This document shows, piece by piece, positions 18,707 to 28,248 of a stretch of DNA of 64,000 bases. The stretch comes from Candidatus Aenigmatarchaeota archaeon. GTDB lineage: Archaea; Aenigmatarchaeota; Aenigmatarchaeia; Aenigmatarchaeales; Aenigmatarchaeaceae. Positions within the stretch are counted from its first letter, which is position 1. Each line of letters opens with the position of its first letter. The notes under the pieces were generated by a model, which saw nothing but the letters and a program-made list of their open reading frames with translations, had not been told where the DNA came from and did no database searches. The translations under genes were made by a program, and so were the position numbers. The stretch covers positions 9,116-73,115 of the forward strand of contig JAFGAZ010000004.1 of assembly GCA_016933455.1 (NCBI GenBank), read 5' to 3'.

Positions 18707-18967
18707 CTACCACTTGTGGTTTGGGTTTCTGGGTATAACAAGCCATGCAAGCAAGTAAAGAATGACACCTGTTCCCCAAACTAGGGAAGAAAGCGCCCAT
18801 AAGAGCCTGATTATTGTCGGGTCAACGTTCAAGTACTCTGCCAAACCTCCGCAGACTCCGCCGAGATACTTGTCCTTGCCAGACCTGTACAGCTTCTTTA
18901 CTGAACTTTTGGATGTTCTTGCTTTAGATTTTGTTTTCTTTGCGCTAGATTTTCTTTTTGCTGCCAT
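18707..18967 (-). CDS. PspC-domain small membrane protein.
   Basis: LYRSGKDKYLGGVCGGLAEYLNVDPTIIRLLWAL is the PspC domain, followed by a TM helix. Confidence 0.7.
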   Translation of the reverse strand: MAAKRKSSAKKTKSKARTSKSSVKKLYRSGKDKYLGGVCGGLAEYLNVDPTIIRLLWALSSLVWGTGVILYLLAWLVIPRNPNHKW

Positions 18968-19553
18968 TTAATCCCTCGATTAATATAATTTTTTCAAGTA
19001 CTATTAATACGTAATCCAAGACTATAAAAACAAGCATTATGTTGACCATGTTGGCGTATATGAAATTGGAAAGGTTTGCCAGGAATATGCTGTTGCTATA
19101 GAGATTGGTCGTGTTAAGCACCCATATGCCAAGCCATAAGACAAACAGCAAGCATGTCCCGCTCACAAAGGGAGCGATTATCCAGTACTTTTTTCTGAAC
19201 CTTTTTGAAAAATAGTCGCTATATCCAAAGAACACGAAAAGCGCAAAGAACCAGTGCACGTTTGATGAGAGCATGGATGCCACGTCCAAGACGAACGCGT
19301 TTCCAAGCTGGAATCCCACCAGCCTTATTAGCCATGATGAAATTATCACAAAAAGCGCACCGAAAACGCTGCTAAATATCGGACCCAATAGCCCAAAAAC
19401 CCTAAAGCCCCAGTCGTCATTGGGAGCACCCTTGCTTGGCTTTATGCCGACTTTCTGAGCCAAAGCGGCCATCTCTTCTACAACGTTCTCAGCATTCTTC
19501 TCAAGCATGCTTTCGAATTTTTCCTCTCTTGAGATTTTATGTCTTTTAGCCAT
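18945..19553 (-). CDS. Membrane protein, 202 aa.
   Basis: Charged N-terminal segment, then four TM helices. It overlaps the PspC gene start by 23 nt. Confidence 0.55.
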   Translation of the reverse strand: MAKRHKISREEKFESMLEKNAENVVEEMAALAQKVGIKPSKGAPNDDWGFRVFGLLGPIFSSVFGALFVIISSWLIRLVGFQLGNAFVLDVASMLSSNVHWFFALFVFFGYSDYFSKRFRKKYWIIAPFVSGTCLLFVLWLGIWVLNTTNLYSNSIFLANLSNFIYANMVNIMLVFIVLDYVLIVLEKIILIEGLNGSKKKI

Positions 19554-19596
19554 TTTTTCACTTTATAATATTTGGCTGCCTGTTAATAAATTCTAA

Positions 19597-19971
19597 CTAT
19601 GTCTTTTCAATTAGCCTTTGTATATAGTCCCCGTACGACTCGTGGGGGTCCTTGGCCTTCTCAAGCTTTGCCTTCAGCTCTTTTGTCAGCATTATGGTAG
19701 TGAACTTGCTCTTCTTTGGAGCATCTTCCTTTGGCTTGTCTTCGGTTTTTGGTTTTTCAGATGGAATCTGCGTTTCTTCCTTAGGGATTTCTATAGAATT
19801 CTCTATAGGCTTTTTCTCTATAGAATCCTGGGTTTCGGCCTCCTGCTTAGTGGACGCGCTTTCCTCTATAGATTGGGGTTTTGGCGCCTCCTCCTTGACC
19901 TCTTCTATCAGGTTCTTCCACACAGACTCTCCGTCTTCGCTTGATCTCTTTTTTTCCTCATCCATGACCAT
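19597..19971 (-). CDS. Acidic protein with a C-terminal ribbon-helix-helix-like segment.
   Basis: Low-complexity acidic body, with a C-terminus TTIMLTKELKAKLEKAKDPHESYGDYIQRLIEK (beta strand followed by two helices). Confidence 0.45.
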   Translation of the reverse strand: MVMDEEKKRSSEDGESVWKNLIEEVKEEAPKPQSIEESASTKQEAETQDSIEKKPIENSIEIPKEETQIPSEKPKTEDKPKEDAPKKSKFTTIMLTKELKAKLEKAKDPHESYGDYIQRLIEKT

Positions 19972-19989
19972 AAATTATCTTACCTTTAT

Positions 19990-20967
19990 TTATTCTTTTA
20001 TCAGAACCCTTCTTGCACTGTCAGTGAGTCTATAGACGGCATGCGCTCCCTCTACTTTTTCAACAATGGGATCTTCTATACCCTTTCTTTGCATCATTTT
20101 TACTCCTGACTTAAGACCCAAAATTGCAAGCTGTGACGTTATTGTCTTTGCAGGCTTTTTTAGCTTCTTTGCTATCTCGGATGGCCTGTGATTTCCTGTT
20201 TTCAAGACTATGACTATTCTTCTTTGAAGTGGCGATAAGCGTTCCATCAAAGGTATGCTTTTTTCCAGACCGCCTTCAAGCCCGAAAAACGCATCCACAA
20301 AATTTTTAGTTATGCTTTTTTCTATGTTAGACATTGCGATATTTTCACAGAGTTCCAAAATTTTCTGTGGCAAAAAATACGCCTTTGCAAAAATTATCTC
20401 AAGGCTTTCATGATCAAATGGATTTTTGTAGCCCACTCTTTTTAGTATCATGCCTAACGCCTCGTCGGACTTCATCAGGCGCATCTCTATCTTTCTGCTA
20501 CCGATTCTCTTCGACAGTATGATTTTTTTGGTTTCAGACGCTGCAAGCACGACTGACTTGACAATATTGTTGTCAAGATTCCTTTTTATGGCGTCAGCAA
20601 CTGTCGAAGAAATTTTTTCCGCGTCGTCAATTAGCAAAACTATGTTTGACTCTTTCTTTCTTAGCTTGCTAAAGATGTTTGCTTTCTCGCGTATAATCTT
20701 GTCAATGTCTAGAATCTTTATTTCTTTTTCGGTCATGCCTGATGTGTTTATGTATATGGGCTCAAAATCGCCTAGATCGTAGCTTTCCAGCCATTTTAGA
20801 ATGGTTGTCTTCCCCATTCCGTCGATGCCTGTAAGAAGGCAGCAATCCCCTGATTTTACAAATTCCAGCACCTGACTTCTTATGTCTTCAAAGCCTGATA
20901 TCAAATCAGGTTTTGGCTTTTGTTCGAAAGGATTGGAATTCCACCCGTATCTTTCATACCACACCAT
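19990..20967 (-). CDS. AAA+/archaeal-ATPase-family P-loop NTPase with a C-terminal winged-helix DNA-binding domain (distantly Orc1/Cdc6-like).
   Basis: NPF-type N-terminus, Walker A LTGIDGMGKTT, Walker B LLIDDAEK, and a C-terminal wHTH LSPLQRRIVIVLKTGNHRPSEIAKKL...LAILGL. Confidence 0.75.
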   Translation of the reverse strand: MVWYERYGWNSNPFEQKPKPDLISGFEDIRSQVLEFVKSGDCCLLTGIDGMGKTTILKWLESYDLGDFEPIYINTSGMTEKEIKILDIDKIIREKANIFSKLRKKESNIVLLIDDAEKISSTVADAIKRNLDNNIVKSVVLAASETKKIILSKRIGSRKIEMRLMKSDEALGMILKRVGYKNPFDHESLEIIFAKAYFLPQKILELCENIAMSNIEKSITKNFVDAFFGLEGGLEKSIPLMERLSPLQRRIVIVLKTGNHRPSEIAKKLKKPAKTITSQLAILGLKSGVKMMQRKGIEDPIVEKVEGAHAVYRLTDSARRVLIKE

Positions 20968-20980
20968 GCTATCACCATTG

Positions 20981-21310
20981 AATAATAATACTTTACGAAA
21001 ATACTTTATAAATTATTGTAATAAAAGAAAAACTAAAAGAGAAAACATGATACTTTGCAATACTTTATGCAAAAATGCCTAAAAATACCCCCAAAAAGCC
21101 CAGTTAGACAAATGTCTAACAAATTAAATTATTCTCGATTTTCAGGGTATTCCAAGTCTATAGAAAAACAGCATAAAATTTTTTCATGGGAAGAAAATAC
21201 CAAAAAAGGAGCTGAAACGGTTCGAATAGTTATGGACTTCTATAAACTCTATAGCAAATTGCTATAGAAAAATAACATCATTTTAAATTTCAGTTTTTTA
21301 TAATATGTAA
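20981..21310. promoter_or_regulatory. AT-rich repeat- and palindrome-rich non-coding region upstream of the AAA+/wHTH ATPase gene.
   Basis: Four ATACTTT copies (20988, 21001, 21050, 21060) arranged as tandem 13-bp and 10-bp units. Perfect palindromes gttagaca-aa-tgtctaac (21103-21120) and ctatagcaa-a-ttgctatag (21249-21267). CTATAGAAAAA occurs twice (21158, 21262). Confidence 0.5.
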
Positions 21311-21311
21311 C

Positions 21312-21497
21312 ATGAGAGGAAGGTCGATATTGTTTTGGATTGTCACTGCAGCGTTCATAGCAGCCTGGGTGCTTTCCGGAACGCTTTCATTGCTATACGT
21401 TTACACAAAAAATGTTTTTGTCAGCGAATTTATCATACTTTTTTCTTCTCTTGCCCTTATACTGATTTATTATGTTGTAGAGCCTTATATGGATTAA
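21312..21497 (+). CDS. Possible small membrane protein with two TM helices, 61 aa.
   Basis: Hydrophobic hairpin ORF in a low-coding region. Confidence 0.3.
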   Translation: MRGRSILFWIVTAAFIAAWVLSGTLSLLYVYTKNVFVSEFIILFSSLALILIYYVVEPYMD

Positions 21498-21555
21498 TTG
21501 CATCTCCTTTAGATTCAATTGCCCAAATAAATCTCAAAACATCTATAATTCTTCT

Positions 21556-21750
21556 ATGAAAAGAATACAGCATCGCCTGTTTCCCTGGCCTTCAAGGACA
21601 ATCGATTTTAAGAAAACTTTGAAAGAAATAGAGGACTTTGTCAACAAGCCCGGAGTCATAGACGTTGTTTCCATTATCAGCACAACTTTCGGAATAATTG
21701 TTTGGTACAAGTCTGTCAAGACCTTCAAAATACAAGAAAAGAAAGGATAA
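21556..21750 (+). CDS. Possible small protein, 64 aa, with one hydrophobic helix.
   Basis: ORF only. Confidence 0.25.
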   Translation: MKRIQHRLFPWPSRTIDFKKTLKEIEDFVNKPGVIDVVSIISTTFGIIVWYKSVKTFKIQEKKG

Positions 21751-21758
21751 AAAAATAA

Positions 21759-22073
21759 CTATAGATATACACGAAAAAGCATTTTTTCTTTAATCTCTTT
21801 TAGAGCTTTACTAAGAGTTGTTTCAACAATATCTGATTTTTGGCAAAATTTCCACATATACACATTATCTCCACATAAGACTGTTGACACATAACATGCA
21901 GCAACGGCTTTAGTTTTGGGGCTTTTTTCATACAAAAACATATTCCTTTTAGCACAATCTATAATTTCAGTTGTAATTTCTTTTAACAAATTCTTGTCCT
22001 TTGCTTCTATGTTAGATAATATATTGGTTATATAACTCTTGGAATCTTTGAACTTCTTTTTCTTGACCTTCAT
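21759..22073 (-). CDS. Hypothetical protein, 104 aa.
   Basis: ORF with promoter motif aaaaagatttaag at 22091-22103. Confidence 0.45.
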   Translation of the reverse strand: MKVKKKKFKDSKSYITNILSNIEAKDKNLLKEITTEIIDCAKRNMFLYEKSPKTKAVAACYVSTVLCGDNVYMWKFCQKSDIVETTLSKALKEIKEKMLFRVYL

Positions 22074-22159
22074 TTCTTAAGATAGTATCAAAAAAGATTT
22101 AAGTATGAAAACCATAATTATGGAAGGCTTCTTCTCTCCTTACAAAAAGGGGGTATAAT

Positions 22160-22597
22160 ATGATCGAGCATAGGGACATATCCGAGTTCCTAAAAAAATG
22201 CTACAACGGCGTTGTTGCAACAAGCAGATATTATCACAAAGAAAGCGCGTCCGTATTTTCTAATCCGTATTTGGTGCCGACAGATTGCCTTTCATATCTT
22301 AAGAAAAGCGGATGCAAAATCTTTGTGGATGTTGCCGGAGGACTGGTTAAGATAAACTACGGCGAAGGGAACAGAAAGCAGGTGTGCCACCGTCTTTGCG
22401 GAACGTTTGACGGCATAATGAACGGAGACAATGTAAGCGGTTTGATGCTGGCAAGCCAGACCGATCCTTCCAACAAAGAGCATCCAAGAATAAACAATGC
22501 AGCAAAGGCCATGCGCGTAATGGAAATTATAGATGAGATAAAAGAGATGAAAATAGAGACAAACAACTTGGATTACATGCTCCAAAGATGCATTTAG
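22160..22597 (+). CDS. Hypothetical protein, 145 aa.
   Basis: ORF only. Confidence 0.5.
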   Translation: MIEHRDISEFLKKCYNGVVATSRYYHKESASVFSNPYLVPTDCLSYLKKSGCKIFVDVAGGLVKINYGEGNRKQVCHRLCGTFDGIMNGDNVSGLMLASQTDPSNKEHPRINNAAKAMRVMEIIDEIKEMKIETNNLDYMLQRCI

Positions 22598-22667
22598 CTT
22601 GTATGCGTGCTTTTTTTGTAGTGCGCATAATGTCAATTATTTAAAACTTAGTCTACATTTTCTATCT

Positions 22668-22934
22668 ATGGCAGAAAAAATAGAACTGAACGGTTTCTTG
22701 AACGAGCTAATATCCCTTCTCAAGAAAAAGTTCGAAGTCTATGACGGCAACATAAAGTCCATGCGCGAGGACATAATGAATCTGTCTTCCTCAAAGGACG
22801 ACACCAAAATAAGCGAGTTGAAAAACAAGGTGATGATTCTTGAGAACACCCTTAACTCGATGAAGGCAAGGACGCAGGTCGATACATCTCTGCTAAAGGA
22901 ACTTGAGACTGATAAACATGAAAGAAAATATTGA
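22668..22934 (+). CDS. Small coiled-coil protein of about 88 aa. The start is taken at MAEKIELN.
   Basis: Heptad-rich sequence with the TATA-like atttaaaactta at 22639-22650. Confidence 0.45.
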   Translation: MAEKIELNGFLNELISLLKKKFEVYDGNIKSMREDIMNLSSSKDDTKISELKNKVMILENTLNSMKARTQVDTSLLKELETDKHERKY

Positions 22935-23280
22935 GCCGATAATAAAGGCGCAGCTAAACACCCTAAAGGCCCAGATAGACATACTAAGGGAGTACATCGA
23001 AAACACAGAGGAGAGCAACGTCAGGCTAAAGTACATAATAGCCAACGAGCTGGTCGAGGCAATGATTGCCAGGTTCGAGAAGAACGAGGCCAGGCTAGAA
23101 GAGCTTTCCGAGAAGATAGAGTCAATAGAAGTCAGCCTAAAGGAAAAGGTAGAGGAACTGCACAGAGTCACCAAGATGGAGATGAGCGAGGACGCCTTGA
23201 CAAGGGCAGTTTCGAAAATTCTGGGCAACAAGGAAATCGAAGTCGATTCCAAGCCCCTAATAGACCTGAAGAATGTCTAA
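22903..23280 (+). CDS. Coiled-coil protein, 125 aa.
   Basis: Heptad-rich. Its start overlaps the end of the previous gene. Confidence 0.5.
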   Translation: MRLINMKENIEPIIKAQLNTLKAQIDILREYIENTEESNVRLKYIIANELVEAMIARFEKNEARLEELSEKIESIEVSLKEKVEELHRVTKMEMSEDALTRAVSKILGNKEIEVDSKPLIDLKNV

Positions 23281-23339
23281 TTTTTGTGATAGCGCTTCTG
23301 CTATCTTATTTTTATAAAAATAGAAAAAGGTCGGGTAGT

Positions 23340-24065
23340 TCATCTCCTACCCTTTAATTCTCTGAAAACCTCTCCGAACATGCTGTAGCTAATCACGCTG
23401 CCAACAAACATTGCTATCGAAGCTCCTATCATTGGAACAAGGCTGAGAAGCGCTGATACTATTACAGTTACAACAGTTGCCACAACCCACACGGTAAAGT
23501 ACTTCATTGTGAATGATTTCTTCAAAACCGCGCTTACGTCGAACGCTCTTGAGAACTTTTTGCTGCTTAGATAGTTCAAGACCGCTATGGGCGTTACAAA
23601 CCTGGCCACCATCATGAGCACCACTCCTAACAATAGTATGGGCGCTAAAGACAGAAGCGTTGGCAAAGCAAGATACCAGTTCTGAGACACCAGCTGCGAT
23701 ACTGCTTCAACGGTCGTTTCCCCTGCTATCAAAGACTGCACTGTCCCTTCGGGTATTACGGATCCCATGTATGTGCCTATCAGAGAAGTTGCCGCAAAAC
23801 CAATGCCTGCAACAAAAACTAATACTGCTGGCAAGGCGTAGACGAATCCTATGACGCTTGAAGCCAGACCCTTGACAAACAAATCACCGACTTCCTTCCA
23901 CTCTGGCATTTTGTTTGATGCCTTGTTTTTTCCAAGACCAGATGTTTCCAAAGCGTAACCTGTTGATATCCAGTTTACTATTGGTATTACGCTTATAATT
24001 ATGCCGATTATGAGCTTTGCTGCGTCGGAGAAGGGCTTCTTTATTGCGCTTTCGTAGTTAACCAT
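23340..24065 (-). CDS. Polytopic membrane protein (DUF4013-like).
   Basis: About six TM helices. The N-terminal motif PFSDAAKLIIGIIISVIPIVNWISTGY resembles the archaeal DUF4013 family. Confidence 0.55.
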   Translation of the reverse strand: MVNYESAIKKPFSDAAKLIIGIIISVIPIVNWISTGYALETSGLGKNKASNKMPEWKEVGDLFVKGLASSVIGFVYALPAVLVFVAGIGFAATSLIGTYMGSVIPEGTVQSLIAGETTVEAVSQLVSQNWYLALPTLLSLAPILLLGVVLMMVARFVTPIAVLNYLSSKKFSRAFDVSAVLKKSFTMKYFTVWVVATVVTVIVSALLSLVPMIGASIAMFVGSVISYSMFGEVFRELKGRR

Positions 24066-24109
24066 TAGATTACCTCCTTTTGCTATAGAATATAGTTGTA
24101 ATTGCCGAT

Positions 24110-24775
24110 TTAAAATATTCCTAGGTTAGATGCATAATAACTATTACCAGTTTTTACAAGATTATTCAATGACTTTCTTATTCTTTTGTTGGATTGCTTT
24201 ATTTGTTTTTCTGCCTTTATGTCTGCAAGTACATGAGCTATGTTGTCTCTTTTCCATCTTCCATTTTTAACTTGCGCTATAAAGATAGGCTTTTCTTCCA
24301 CAATACTTCTAACATTTTCTAACATGGAATTAACTTTTACTATTTCAGAAACTGGTTGATATGATTTTAATTCTCTTACCTCTTCTGTTTCAGGGGCGTC
24401 CCACTTTAAGAAATAATTTGCATAGTTTACTAAACCTGGATGATCAGAAGCTACTACAAAAGGCTCTTTGTCGCCGTTGCATAGCTTGTCTATTTTTTTA
24501 ATGGCTTCAACAACAGGCACTGTTTCGAAAACAAAAGAATTTCTAAAGCCATGTGTACTGTTTTTGGCTTTACTTTCTACCTTCCCTTTGTTGTTTCTAA
24601 TATAATAAGAAATTTTATTAGGTCCTATTTTTGTTCGGCAATTCTGTCTGTCAATGCATTTCTGTATGTAATATGCCCATGCGCTTTTGTTTGCATCGCA
24701 GATGGCGACATAAGGGTCTTTGAAGTTAAAGCCGTTTGTACCTTCGTCCAAATCCAACACAACTCTTATTGCCAT
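24110..24775 (-). CDS. Hypothetical protein, 221 aa.
   Basis: ORF only. Confidence 0.5.
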   Translation of the reverse strand: MAIRVVLDLDEGTNGFNFKDPYVAICDANKSAWAYYIQKCIDRQNCRTKIGPNKISYYIRNNKGKVESKAKNSTHGFRNSFVFETVPVVEAIKKIDKLCNGDKEPFVVASDHPGLVNYANYFLKWDAPETEEVRELKSYQPVSEIVKVNSMLENVRSIVEEKPIFIAQVKNGRWKRDNIAHVLADIKAEKQIKQSNKRIRKSLNNLVKTGNSYYASNLGIF

Positions 24776-24863
24776 GGAATTACTTGATGAAATAATCTTT
24801 AAACCATTTTCGCAAGAAAAAATATGTTTACAATGTCACAATAGAGTTTAAATTTTTACTTTT

Positions 24864-25922
24864 CTATAATATTTCTCTAATTCTTCTCTTAATTTCATTC
24901 CAGTCTTTTGATAGCATCTTCATTCCTGCAGCAGGAACATGCCCGCCGCCGCTAGAATTCTCTATTCCTTCTGTCAATTTTTTAGCCAATTTTCCGCAGT
25001 TGACAGTGCCGTCCTGTCTTCTAAGACTAGCGGAAACATAGTCTCCGTTTTTCCTGGCAACCATGACCGTGTAGTTCGGCCTCTCAAAGCTAAGTTTGGT
25101 TGATATTACCGAGCTTATGGAGAACTCTGTTTCTATTTCCAACAAAATAATTTTTTTGTTATTGTCAATCTCGGCTGATTTTTCCCAATTCTTTATTGTA
25201 GAAGCTATCTTGTCCTCGACTGTTTTGTGCAATTCCCACAAAGTTTCAGCTTCCTTTGTCTTGCCTTCCAGTATCTGTCTGGGTGTTGAATTCAAGCAAG
25301 CTTCGTAGCCCAGATGATTGTTGTCGTCTTTTGAAGACATGAAGGGCGCGTTGATGATGTTGTTTATGGTTGAAAACTCTGAAGAACTTATTTTGTTTCG
25401 TTCATACATTTTTTCCATAAAGTTTGACCATTCTTTCTCTGCCTTGTCGTTGACAATTCCAAGCCCTGCAAGCCAGTCTAATTCTTTTATGTCGCAAATC
25501 AAAGAGCATGCATCGAATGCCATCTTGCTTGCGCAATACCTTGTTGAACTTATGTTTGATTCCATCATGGAAGAATTAACATGAAGAACGCCGTCCTGGT
25601 TCATGTCTTTATGCACCTGGTGGTGGTCAAGCACCATTACTTTGGAATTTTCCGTTAGTTTAACAATTCTTTCAGAATTCTCGTCAGCTGCTATGTCCAC
25701 AAATATGATGTTGTCGAATTTTCCAATGACCTTATCAATTAAGCTTTCAGTGACCAAGCATGAGCCCGATTCTCTTGGAAATGCTTTTGGATATTTTCCG
25801 TAAAGCTTTTTTAAGGTCTTGGCAACAACAGCTGCTGCTCCCACGCCGTCTCCGTCCTTGTCATAAATTACTGCAGTATTCTTATCGCAGTTTTGTATGA
25901 ACCTTGCTGCCTTGTCAATCAT
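24864..25922 (-). CDS. DHH-family phosphoesterase (RecJ-like/nanoRNase-like).
   Basis: DHH motif (VMVLDHHQV), aspartate-rich motifs I and II (DKDGDGVGAA), and the DHHA1 GGGH motif near the C-terminus. Confidence 0.8.
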   Translation of the reverse strand: MIDKAARFIQNCDKNTAVIYDKDGDGVGAAAVVAKTLKKLYGKYPKAFPRESGSCLVTESLIDKVIGKFDNIIFVDIAADENSERIVKLTENSKVMVLDHHQVHKDMNQDGVLHVNSSMMESNISSTRYCASKMAFDACSLICDIKELDWLAGLGIVNDKAEKEWSNFMEKMYERNKISSSEFSTINNIINAPFMSSKDDNNHLGYEACLNSTPRQILEGKTKEAETLWELHKTVEDKIASTIKNWEKSAEIDNNKKIILLEIETEFSISSVISTKLSFERPNYTVMVARKNGDYVSASLRRQDGTVNCGKLAKKLTEGIENSSGGGHVPAAGMKMLSKDWNEIKRRIREIL

Positions 25923-25999
25923 ATAGAATATTGAAGGCTGACACTTAATTAATATTAAAAGAAACAGAAAAATTCAAGTTCAAGAGAAAAGTTCAAAAA

Positions 26000-26410
26000 C
26001 TACTCTTTCTTCTTTGCTACTGGTATAGGTATTGGTGAAGGCAGTTGCAAGTCGTCGCTAAGTAGTATGGCCTTCTTTAGGCACTTGTTGAATACGACAT
26101 TTATTATCTGAAGGCTGACATCGTCAGGAAGCTTCTTGTCCTTTTTCCACTGGTTTAAAATTTTCTCATACTCCTCGTCTAAGAACAAGACATCTCCTGT
26201 AATTATGACATCCGCCACTTTCTTGTCATCTGCTGACACATAGTTTGTTGTGAACTCAAAGTCCACAGAAAGGCATTTCTTGTCTAGGGGGCTTAAACCG
26301 TGCTCCTTTACGTCCTTTAGGTTGGTGTTGGTATTTACCTTGACACCTACCTCTGCCTCTTTAAACTTTTTCGCTTCTATACCGTTTATGTTAAGTCCAA
26401 TTGCTGGCAT
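26000..26410 (-). CDS. Hypothetical protein, 136 aa.
   Basis: ORF only. Confidence 0.5.
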   Translation of the reverse strand: MPAIGLNINGIEAKKFKEAEVGVKVNTNTNLKDVKEHGLSPLDKKCLSVDFEFTTNYVSADDKKVADVIITGDVLFLDEEYEKILNQWKKDKKLPDDVSLQIINVVFNKCLKKAILLSDDLQLPSPIPIPVAKKKE

Positions 26411-26471
26411 ATAATCACAGTAAATAATGAAGCGAATAACTATTTATTTGTTCTAACTCCCAACTCTCAGT

Positions 26472-26975
26472 ATGAAGAAAGTGCTTATGATTATAGCCCC
26501 TTCAGACTTTAGGGACGAAGAGTACTTTGATACAAGAAAGGTTCTTGAGGAATTTGGCTTTGATGTCAAGGTCGCCAATTCCACTGGCCAGCCATCGAAA
26601 AGCAAGTTCGGCAAGATAGTAAGCCCTGATTCAAATTTCTACGAGGTTGATTCGAATATCTACGATGCCATAATTTTTGTGGGAGGCATGGGTAGTGCTC
26701 AGTATTTTGGTAATAATAGAGCATTGGAACTTGCAAGGCATTTCAACGAGGACGGAAAGATTGTTGCCGCCATATGCATTGCACCTTCTATTTTGGCCAA
26801 TGCGGGAATTCTTGTAGGCAGAAGGGCAACCGCCTTTCCTTCTGAGAGGGACAACATAAATGCTGTAAGCACCTATACAGGAAATGACGTCGAGGTTGAC
26901 AATAATATCATAACAGCAAACGGTCCAAAAGCTGCTATTGAATTCGGCAAGAAGATAGCAGAAGCATTGAAATAA
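26472..26975 (+). CDS. DJ-1/PfpI family protein (intracellular protease/amidase-like).
   Basis: Nucleophile elbow AAICIAPSILA with His nearby, and the typical DJ-1 fold pattern. Confidence 0.85.
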   Translation: MKKVLMIIAPSDFRDEEYFDTRKVLEEFGFDVKVANSTGQPSKSKFGKIVSPDSNFYEVDSNIYDAIIFVGGMGSAQYFGNNRALELARHFNEDGKIVAAICIAPSILANAGILVGRRATAFPSERDNINAVSTYTGNDVEVDNNIITANGPKAAIEFGKKIAEALK

Positions 26976-26978
26976 TTT

Positions 26979-27251
26979 TTATAAAGTAAATTCAGGTTTA
27001 TCCAAAAAATGCAAAGAATATTTTCCATCTTCTGTTATCCTGTAACGAACAACACCTTCATTATGGTATTCTTCTATTTTTTTTTCTTTTAGCATGCGGT
27101 CAATGTTACTTTTTATTATATAAGATACTTTTGGAAACCTTTCACAAAGCTGCTTTTCAGTAGGGTTGTTTTTTTCTATTTCCTCTAGTATTTTTTCATG
27201 AAGAAGCTTTTCACCTTCAAGATTGAGCGGACCAATGCAAGATTTTGACAT
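26979..27251 (-). CDS. Small wHTH-like protein, 90 aa.
   Basis: C-terminal GVVRYRITEDGKYSL wing typical of MarR/PadR-like wHTH domains. Confidence 0.4.
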   Translation of the reverse strand: MSKSCIGPLNLEGEKLLHEKILEEIEKNNPTEKQLCERFPKVSYIIKSNIDRMLKEKKIEEYHNEGVVRYRITEDGKYSLHFLDKPEFTL

Positions 27252-27317
27252 AACAAAATATTGAAATGTTAAAAATTTAAGGCTTTTAATACTCTAAGAA
27301 TATAAGAAAATATATAC

Positions 27318-27390
27318 AGCCCCTTCGTCTAGTGGTCAAGGACAACTGCCTCTGGAGCAGTAAACGTAGGTTCGAATCCTGCAGGGGCTA
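27318..27390 (+). tRNA. tRNA-Gln (anticodon CUG).
   Basis: Hand-folded cloverleaf. The acceptor stem AGCCCCT pairs with AGGGGCT. The anticodon stem is ACUGC/GCAGU with loop CUCUGGA, giving anticodon CUG. The T arm is GGTTCGAATCC, the discriminator is A, and CCA is not encoded. Confidence 0.85.
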
Positions 27391-27423
27391 CAATTTATTA
27401 ATGCGGAAAGCTATTTCTGATAC

Positions 27424-28248
27424 ATGTGGGTTGTAAAGGCCAATGGAGAAACAGAACCCTTTGATGCTGACAAGATAAAAAGCACGTGCCTTAGGGCAGG
27501 GGCAACGCAGGCCCTTGCAAACAAGATAGTTAGGGATGTGCAAAAAAAGGCATATGATGGCATTTCTACAAGGCAAGTTCTCAAGATGACATTGCGTTTG
27601 TTGGAAAAGCAAAAGCCTTTCATAGCAGCAAGATATGATCTCAAGGGAGCTTTGTTTAGGCTAGGTCCCTCGGGTTTTGCCTTTGAAAATTTGATAGCCG
27701 AAATACTAAGAGAGTACGGCTACAAGACAAAGACTCACACAATGCTAAACGGCTTTTGCGTTGACCAGGAGGTCGATGTCATAGCCACAAAGGATAACAA
27801 AAGCTGCATGATAGAGTGCAAGTATCACAATCTTCCCGGAATATACACGGGCCTTAAGGAGGCCATGTACACCTATGCTAGGTTCTTGGACATACAAAAG
27901 GGCTTCAAGGCAGGCAAGTGCCAGAAGCTTGACGAGCCGTGGCTTGTGTGCAACACAAGGTTTTCAGAGGACGCAAAAAAGTATTCAGAGTGCGCAGGCC
28001 TTAAGGTGATAGGATGGAGCTATCCGAAAAACAACCTAAGGGAGCTAATAGAGCAAAAGAATCTTTATCCCATAACAATGCTAAGAAAGCTAGACAGTGA
28101 AACGCAGGAAAGGCTTTCTTGTGCAGGCCTTATCTTGATGAAAAATTTGATAGATATATCAATAAAGGAATTAAACAAGTTAACAGGTATACAAATAAGG
28201 AAGCTAAAATTGCTTTCCAAGGAAGCAATGGAGATATACAATGGTTGA
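27424..28248 (+). CDS. ATP-cone domain fused to a restriction-endonuclease-like (Mrr/PD-(D/E)xK) fold, with a C-terminal HhH-like segment.
   Basis: N-terminal ATP-cone (VVKANGETEPFDADKIKSTCLRAGA). Central motifs ENLIAEILREYGY...VDQEVDVIA...ECKYH fit a PD-(D/E)xK core. The C-terminus is LNKLTGIQIRKLKLLSKEA. Confidence 0.65.
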   Translation: MWVVKANGETEPFDADKIKSTCLRAGATQALANKIVRDVQKKAYDGISTRQVLKMTLRLLEKQKPFIAARYDLKGALFRLGPSGFAFENLIAEILREYGYKTKTHTMLNGFCVDQEVDVIATKDNKSCMIECKYHNLPGIYTGLKEAMYTYARFLDIQKGFKAGKCQKLDEPWLVCNTRFSEDAKKYSECAGLKVIGWSYPKNNLRELIEQKNLYPITMLRKLDSETQERLSCAGLILMKNLIDISIKELNKLTGIQIRKLKLLSKEAMEIYNG

